Source: Fonticula alba ATCC 38817 (Eukaryota; Protista; Nucleariida). Taken from it: a DNA stretch of 25,237 nt. The notes below the pieces were generated by a model. That model had not been told where the DNA came from, ran no database searches, and saw only the letters and a list, made by a program, of their open reading frames with translations. Positions 18,273 to 25,237 of this stretch are shown piece by piece (positions within the stretch are counted from its first letter, which is position 1; each line of letters opens with the position of its first letter). The position numbers and the translations under genes were made by a program. The stretch lies in the NCBI GenBank assembly GCA_000388065.2, contig KB932203.1; one strand, written 5' to 3'.

Positions 18273-21200
18273 AGCGGCGGCTTGGTGCTTGGGAAGGAGT
18301 CTGTTTTTGGCAGGGGGGGGAGGAAAAAAGACACCAGAGTGACACTGAGAAGAACAAACGCATGCGAGCCCCCGCCCATGCAGGTACACGCGCATGCACG
18401 CGTACGCACCGGCATGCAGTGTGAAGGTAAACATGAGCTTCGGCGGCCCGGAGCTCCGGCGATGATAGAAGCGCATGGTGACCTCGCCATCGAAGATGAC
18501 CGCGCTGGTGGCACCGCTCAGCGGCCGCAGGTCGAAGCAAATGTCCTCGGCATTGCTCAGAACAATGCGGGCCCCGCCACGGCTCGAGGGCAGGAGCAGC
18601 GTATTGAAGAGGACACCGGCGGTGCCGCCATCAGCCGGCCGGGTGCGCGCCGTGGCAATGACAAAGAGCCGCACCGTGGTCGGCTGATCCGGGTTAATCA
18701 GGTCCGCCAGGGTGGGCCGCGGGGCTGGGACCACGGCCGTGGCGGCCGTGGCGCCGGTCGTCCCCGCGGCGCCGGCAGCCCTGGTGCCCGGGTCGGCGCC
18801 GGCACCACCAGCGCCCGGGGTCTGGCTCGCAGAGGACCCATCGCCGGCTGGCGAGCCCGGGCCACTGCCACCACTGGCACCGCCACCACCGCCACCGAAG
18901 CCCAGGATCGATCGGCCCCCGGTGAAGGAGGATACACTCCGGCGAATGCTGAGCAGCCGCGACCGGAAGAAGGACATGCCGCCGGGTGGCGGGGAGTCGG
19001 CCACATCGCCCGGGCTGCCGGCTGCCAGCGTCGGTGTCGGTGTTGCTGGCGTGGGGGCGGCCGCCGCCGCCGCCGCCGCTTCGGCAGGGGCAGCAGCAGC
19101 AGGCCGACCGGGCGGGATGTGAGACTGATGATCCGGTCCCGAGCCTGGGCCCGGGGGAGCGGCCGTAGCCGAGGCCTCGGAAACCACCGGCGCCGCCGAG
19201 ACGACCGGCGTCACAGCAGCGGCGGCATCCTCGACGAGGGGGCCCGCCGCATCCGGAACCGCTGTGCCAGATGCATCGCTGCCCGCCGGGTCCACTGCCG
19301 GGGCGGTCGCGGCATCGGCGGCCGTGGTCCCGGGCTCAGATGCACCGGGCTCCGGATTGGCGGCGGTGGCGGCCACCGCAGGGGGGGCGGCCGCCGGGTC
19401 CGGGATGAAGCGCCCATAATGCGGCACACGGGCAAGACAAATGGACCGCAGCCGGACGAAATGCACCGCACGCTCGCGCACCTCCGGCAGGAAGAGCCCA
19501 TCCCCAATGAGGAGATTCGGGTCGATCGGCCGCGAGGACAGGGCCGCCCCGGGGTCGCCCATGGCCTGGGCCGACGCATGGCCGGCACCGCCGCTGCCAC
19601 GGGCGAATCGCGAAAGCGAGAAGCGCCGGCGCGAGGACGACGCCATGCTGCTGGAACCACGCGGCGAGGCGGGCCGCATCGAGGAGACACCGGCCGCCAC
19701 CGAGGGGGGGACATTCTCCGCGCGCGGGGTCCCGGGCAGCGAGGACCCCGGGGGCTGGAGCTCCGGGCTACCTGCCGGCGGGATCGGGCTATGCGCGATC
19801 GCGGGCGTGGCCGCGGCCACAGCCATGCTCATGCTGCCGGCAGGCACACCCGGCCCCGGTGACAAGTGGGACACCGTCTCATCGGACTGCTCGGCAGGGA
19901 GGCCGCCTCCCGGGGGACCACCAGTGCCGGCGGGGCCCTTGGTCGTGGGCTGCCGACCGGCCGGGGGGCCAGCGGTCTCCTCGCTCAGCATGCTGGAGAG
20001 CGCCACTCCCGGGACACTGAGAATCTGCGATGCGCCTGGTGCCCCGGTTGCCGATGACGACGAGCAGGGGGTGATCTCCTCCTCGGTGCCGGATAGCCCG
20101 GGCTCGGGGGGGATCTCGGCCGTGGCGGCGGCGGCCGCCGCCGCCGCCGCAGCCGCCGCCGCCGCCGCCACGGCCGCAGGGTTTTCCGGGATGTCGAGCA
20201 GTCGCGATGACCGATCAGCCGGCGAGGGTGACCGGCTACGCGTGGACCCGGTCGATTGCGATGCGCGACGGAGCCCGAACGACTGGACGGGAGACCCGCC
20301 GCCCGACCGGGGTGACCGGTGGCCGGAGGAGGGAGATGGCGAACCACCGGCAGCCAAGTCGCCACCCGGCGCCGGGGTGCTGGCATGGATCAGGCGCCAG
20401 AAGGAGCGCACGAAGGACAGTTGCGAGGGAGGCGGATGCCGGCCAGCCCGGCGGGGCTTCTCCGTCGAGGAGAGATAGATCTCCGAAAAGAGGAGCGCGA
20501 TCTGACCAGGGCAGGGGGGNNNNNNNNNNNNNNNNNNNNNNNNNNNNNNNNNNNNNNNNNNNNNNNNNNNNNNNNNNNNNNNNNNNNNNNNNNNNNNNNN
20601 NNNNNNNNNNNNNNNNNNNNNNNNNNNNNNNNNNNNNNNNNNNNNNNNNNNNNNNNNNNNNNNNNNNNNNNNNNNNNNNNNNNNNNNNNNNNNNNNNNNN
20701 NNNNNNNNNNNNNNNNNNNNNNNNNNNNNNNNNNNNNNNNNNNNNNNNNNNAGGGGCATGACACCGGTCAGCAAAAGGGGGCGGAGATGCTCCCCTTGCG
20801 GGAAGCTGCTGCGCATCGGGGCGGGAGGGCAGCAAAGAAGAAAGAGCCGCTGCGGAGCAGTGGGCCAGGGGGCCGGGCGAGACGCACCGACTCCGGACCG
20901 CCCATGTCGGTCAGATTGCCAATCTGGTCATTGGGCAAGTAGCCGAGCGTGTCCTGCAGGGGGAAGTGACAGTACTCGCAGGCATTCACCGGGGTGTCAT
21001 GCTCGGCCTGCTGGCTGGCCAACGGCATGTGACACCGATGGGCTGGCCGTTCGGGCCCCCCCTCGGCGGGGGGAGCCGCCGTGCCGGGCGTCAGCAGGCC
21101 CGGCGGCTGGGGCCGAGCGTCGGCCTGCGCTCGCACACAAACCGGCCGGGCACACTGGCGCAAGGACAGATGATGAGGCAGGGGGACATGCGGCAGCAGG

Positions 21201-22975
21201 GCAGCCGTGATGCAGGCCGCCACGAGGGCTGTCTCGCCCTGATCGCCGGCGCGGCCGCCGGATATCAGCACCACATGGCGAATGTCGGTCGCAAGCCAGG
21301 CACGAACCAGACTGCATTGATGGGTGACCAAAGCAGCAACATGGCCAGGGGAGAGTCAGACGCGGGTGCCGGCAGGCAAGTGTGAAGAGCAAGCAGGCAA
21401 GCAAAACAAGAGGCAGAGGCCCTGACGGGCACGCACTGGCAAATGCCGAGAATGGAGCTGAGGGTGCGCTCGGTGGGAGCACCACCGGCTGTGGCCGAGG
21501 CGCCAGAGCCATCGGCCGCTTCGGAGATGATGTCCACCGTCTGGGGGAAGGCCACACTGAGATTGCGACCGAGGCGCTCGGCCAGCTTGGCGTCGATGGA
21601 CATGCGCTGGGGGTTGGGAGACGGGGCGGCGGCCAGAAGGCCCGACAAGGCGGTGCTCGACAGGGGGAAGGCCTTGTCGCTGAGGCGCAGAATCATGACA
21701 TGCTCGGCGGCCACGGGACCAGACTCATACTCCTGGAGAATGTGTTGGATCTGTTTGGGTGGAGGGTGGAGGGGGGAGGGGGCGGACAGAGCGGACAATC
21801 GCCAGATGGTTAGAGGACTCGGGCAAGTACACTCGCGCAGATGTGCACGCGTGGGGGGGAGGGGGAGTTCATGTGTGTGTGTGTGTGGCCGACTGTCCTG
21901 CACACCAGAAGGGGCCAGCCGGGAGGACGCCCGGAGGATGGCAACACAAGGACAGGGATCCGGAGCGAAGAGGGGGAAGGGGAGGAGAAAGAGGCAATGG
22001 GCATACCGCTTCCAGGCGGGACACCTCGGCCGAAACTATGGCCGAGATGCTGGGCGCCGGCACCAGGCAGGGATCGGACCGAGTGCGCCAGAGGATGCCG
22101 ACACGCCGGGCGGCCGGGCTCTCCACCACCGCGCCCAAGGCGCTCGGGGGAACCGGGAAGGATCGGCCGAGATCCGTCACATAGGGCGAGGAATAACTCC
22201 GATAGGAGGGAGATCGACTGTCAGGGGAGGTTTGGAGATCGCCGTTCAGCAGCGAGGCAGCCAGCTCGGCGGACGAGGGGGACGTCGCGCGGGGGGCCGC
22301 AACCACGGCGGCGGCGGCGCCGCCGCCGCCGCCGCCGGGGAGGGTGCCGGAGCCCGGGTCCCCGGGCCCGGCCGAGGGGCTGCTGGCCATGCCGAGGCTG
22401 ACCGAGAGCCGGCGCATGCGCGACTGGAAGCCTGCCACCAGGGGGGATGCTTGCGACGACCGGGGCGGGCTGTTTGGGGCGGATGCCGGCCCGACCGGGC
22501 GCAAATGGTGCACCTCGGCCAGCGACGGACGAACCGGGTCCACGGCTCCGGGAGACAGTGACGGCAGGGAACTGGACGGATGTGACAGGTCATCCAGGGG
22601 GGGGATGGTCGCGGTGGCTGGCTCGGAAGATGCCGACATCATGAGGAGACGCCCGTCGGAAGGGTCCCCCGGGCATGGGGAAGGGGCACACGGAGCCCCG
22701 GTGCCTGGGCGCTCGAGGACATGGTCATACGGGACAAAGCGCAGGAAGGGGGACATCATGTGGAAGCTGGACAGCCACGCGACGGACCGGCGACCGGTTG
22801 AAGAGACGCGCGGACGTGTGGCCGCACCACCGGGCGAGAGGATCGGACAGTCGGCCGTTGGGTCGGCGGTTGCCGTGGCCGCCGACGGGGTGGCGGAAGT
22901 TGAAGCCGCTGCCGGGGTCGCTGCCGGCCCCGTGGTCGATGTCGGGGGCGGCAGAGGGAGGATCGAGGAGAACAT
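15565..22975 (-). CDS. About 1,843-aa protein: PTEN-like pseudophosphatase + PTEN-type C2 + MIU-like motif + C-terminal RING-H2 (putative E3 ubiquitin ligase); 7 exons
   Basis: Exons 22975-22007, 21750-21437, 21311-20888, 20501-18410, 18081-17123, 16808-16254 and 15783-15565. All six introns are GT-AG with compatible phases (0,2,0,1,0,0). PTEN-like motifs: ICHLVRAWLATDIRHVVLIS and PPSQLSFVRSF. C2 motifs: DGEVTMRFYH...KLMFTFTLHAGFF...IGREAIDK...RYPAGFALVFEY. RING-H2: CQVC-RWTFDDGDVVRTLP-CFHRYHRDC-IDPW...CPLC. The start codon is uncertain, and two introns span N-gaps. Confidence 0.82.
16126..16189 (-). CDS. TMA7: N-terminal segment of translation machinery-associated protein 7, running into the gap
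   Basis: Minus strand reads MRALSAGKKKPLKAPKKKEMD. GKKKPLKxPKK...KEMD is the hallmark TMA7 N-terminus (human [23 protein letters not shown], from memory). It starts either at ATG 16189 or at the acceptor ctctcAG (exon from 16173, phase 1). It is truncated by Ns at 16125. Confidence 0.78.
16814..17030. repeat. Composite (GA)n / GGGAGGGAGAAG purine repeat in intron 5 of the PTEN-RING gene
   Basis: Visible (GA)n runs with an imperfect higher-order unit of about 30 nt. It reads as (TC)n on the transcribed strand just upstream of the acceptor at 16809. Confidence 0.9.
18135..18268. repeat. (GA)n microsatellite containing a 15-N gap, in intron 4 of the PTEN-RING gene
   Basis: Read directly; Ns at 18173-18187. 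Confidence 0.9.
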
Positions 22976-23819
22976 CCTTGGAGGAGATCCGACGAGATGC
23001 GGCGAGATGCAGCACGCGCGCGCACGCGGGGAGAGGGGGGGGAGGGGGAGAGAGAGTGGGGGAGGGGGGGGGGGGAGTGGAAGCAAATACAGGGCTCACG
23101 CTTAGGCTGACACGCTCACTCTCGTTGTGCTACTCTTGTTCGCTCGCCCTCGCCGCCCTCGGGGATGGATCGGCAGGCAAGAGGGGTTAAGCTAGGGGAG
23201 GAGGGGGAGTGGGGTCAGTGGGCTTGTCCGCGTGTGGGCATGCCTCGCTTGTTGACAGTCCCACGAGGCGGGTGCGCTCCGGAGGGGGGCTGGACGCGGC
23301 TGTGGGGGAGGGGGGATCAGGCGTGTTTGGCCGGAGACCGCGAGACAGGAGATCGTGAGGAGACGGCGTGTGCGCGCGCGTGCGCGAGAGAGAGAGAGAG
23401 AGGGGGGGGAAGGGAGAGGGAGGGGAAGGCAGATCCTTCGGAGACCGGGCGGCGAGGTCCGGAGCTCGGCGCGTAGGGCGAAGCGGAAGCAGAGGGAGGA
23501 TGGAGGAGGGATCAGGGGGAGGGAGGAGAGGGAGGAGAGGGAAGGGAGGAGGGGGGATGTACTCGACACCAGTCCGGGAGGGTGCGGGGGACCGGCTTCA
23601 AGATGCGCCCGGGCGCGAGGGGGATCACACGTCTCCCACCCCGCCCGGGGGGGGGGGGGGAGGGAGACAGAACAATCCGGACATTCTCGGGGGGCCGCCT
23701 CGAGCGACGCCCAGCCTCCCTGCCCGGAGGTGCGAAATGCGGGCATTCCTTGCACCTTGGTGGCCGGGTTGAAGGCCGATCGGGCAAGGAACCCAAGCGA
23801 GGCCTAGAGAACAGAAATG

Positions 23820-23822
23820 GAG

Positions 23823-23879
<57 letters not shown>

Positions 23880-23892
23880 CAGAGAGAGACAG
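23820..23892. repeat. (GA)n microsatellite
   Basis: Read directly. Confidence 0.9.
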
Positions 23893-25237
23893 AAGGACAG
23901 GTGGCGAGACAGGCGGGGGAGAGACTGTGGAAGATCAAGCAGATGGGAAGAGATGGTTGGCAGCCAGCCGGGCATCGCGCGCCGGCCCCCGGCGGTTCGC
24001 CCGGGAGAGACGGCCGGCGAGCGATCGTCCGAGCCCTGTCCGCCCCCGTCCGCCCCCCTCCCTCGGCCTCCGCTACACCCACACCCCGGGGGGACGGCGT
24101 CCCAGTTTGCGCCTCCAGGCGTGCATTATCTCTCGGTCGACTCCCTGGGGGGCGCCGGGGGCAGGGCCCGGGGCCCGGGGCCCGGGGCCGGGGGGCGCCG
24201 GGCGCGGGTCGGCCCGAGGGGGCGGGGGCCCGGGGCCGGGAAGACGGCATGGACGCGGCTCCTGGCCAACCGCGAAGGAGCAAGGGGGTGGGGAGGGGGG
24301 GGGGCGGAAAGCAGATCCGGTGCCTCGGCGTTTCGACGCCCATCCGCAGGCACCAACGAATTGGGCCAGGGGCGTTTTTGCTATCTCGCTCGGCCCTTCG
24401 TCGGAGGAGTACGAGGCCGTGCCGGCGGCCGGGCGGGCGAGCGAGCACGGGCACGCTGGCGCCGGCCCCCGGGCCTGAGGGCGTAGTAACATGCGCGCCG
24501 CGCGTCCGGTCCGTCGACACGCGCACCGGCAGCGCCGGACCCCATGCTGTGGCCATCCGGCCGCGCGAACGAGCGTGGCCATCCGTCTGCCCGTGCCCCC
24601 CGACTCCGGAGCACGGGGCGGAGGGGGGGGGGGGGGGCTGCGACAACATATTGCCAAGTATCGCCCGGCCAGCGTCATCGGCGCGGCCCCGACGATCGGG
24701 GCATATCCGCTCGCAGTTCGGCGAGCACGCACATACGTGCACGGGGCTCCGGGGCAAGAAACTGACGAGGGCGGGGGGGGCCGGGGCCGGGGCCGGAAGG
24801 GCGTGGGTGCTGTCATCCGCGTGTTAATGTGAAATTGCGCATCTGTCGATGGGCGCCTCGCAGGCGTCTCTGTCCCCCCCCCCCCACTCTCGCGCCCATA
24901 CGCGCGCCCGTGCCCTCACCCGCGCACCCATCTCCAGGCGTGGTCGGGGCACGCTGCATGCGTGCGTGCGAGAAAAAAAAGGTCCCACGGCCGAACACCG
25001 ACGAAGGGCATCGGAAAAACGCGCGACCCTGGCCCGGGCGGGCCTGATCCCCCCACCCCTCCTCTTTCTCCGATGCGCCCTCCTGGCGGGACGCCGCCGT
25101 CCGGGGATGCGTAGCCATGTTTCAAACGACAATGGCCCGGATGGCGCTCCGGCGGGCCCGAGCTAGGCTGGGGGCCGCGCAGCGGGGGCCAGGGGCGCAG
25201 GGGGGGGGGGGGGGGCCGCCTGGCCGCCTCTTCCTGG

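Larger units (their letters stand above)
3594..20751. other. Six assembly gaps: 3594-3603, 11919-12243, 14648-14877, 15827-16125, 18173-18187, 20520-20751
   Basis: N runs, each abutting a G/C homopolymer or dinucleotide repeat on at least one side. ORFs with X in the track are gap read-throughs. Confidence 0.99.

Noticed and set aside
17613-20478. Long plus-strand ORFs (749 aa, 345 aa) opposite the PTEN-RING gene
   Set aside because: They are shadow ORFs expected from stop-poor GC-rich coding DNA, R/G-rich with no motifs.
22019-22024. GTGTCC as the donor of PTEN-RING exon 1
   Set aside because: An in-phase GTATGC donor 18 nt downstream (22006) fits the local consensus better. Either keeps the frame.
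23100-25237. Multiple 100-340 aa ORFs on both strands
   Set aside because: They are low-complexity translations of GC-rich and (GA)n DNA with no recognisable domain or consistent exon chain. This is more likely promoter or 5' UTR introns of the PTEN-RING gene.

Overview
Draft-assembly window from a very GC-rich, intron-containing eukaryote; it is not prokaryotic. It has six N-gaps, poly-C/G tracts, (AC)n and (GA)n intron microsatellites and GTGCGT-type donors. The style resembles an amoeboid opisthokont such as Fonticula, but that is only an inference. Hand splicing gives, left to right: (1) a near-identical extra copy (1-3593) of 5225-8471 carrying two Illumina adapter remnants, so probably an assembly artefact; (2) exon 1 of a J-domain (DnaJ) gene on the minus strand, cut by the first gap; (3) a 9-exon mitochondrial-type PPR-like gene (4303-7814); (4) a divergent U2AF large subunit gene (9039-11854); (5) a 2-exon gene with a helical N-terminus and a long S/P/A-rich tail, tentatively Ska3-like (12452-14592); (6) a 7-exon, about 1,840-aa minus-strand gene (22975-15565) that joins a catalytically dead PTEN-like phosphatase domain, a PTEN-type C2 domain, an MIU-like ubiquitin-binding motif and a C-terminal RING-H2 finger; (7) a TMA7-like coding segment on the same strand inside the last intron of that gene, splitting its RING finger. 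The PTEN-like/RING architecture and the nested TMA7 segment are the most interesting signals. All family assignments come from motif recognition by eye, not from database searches.
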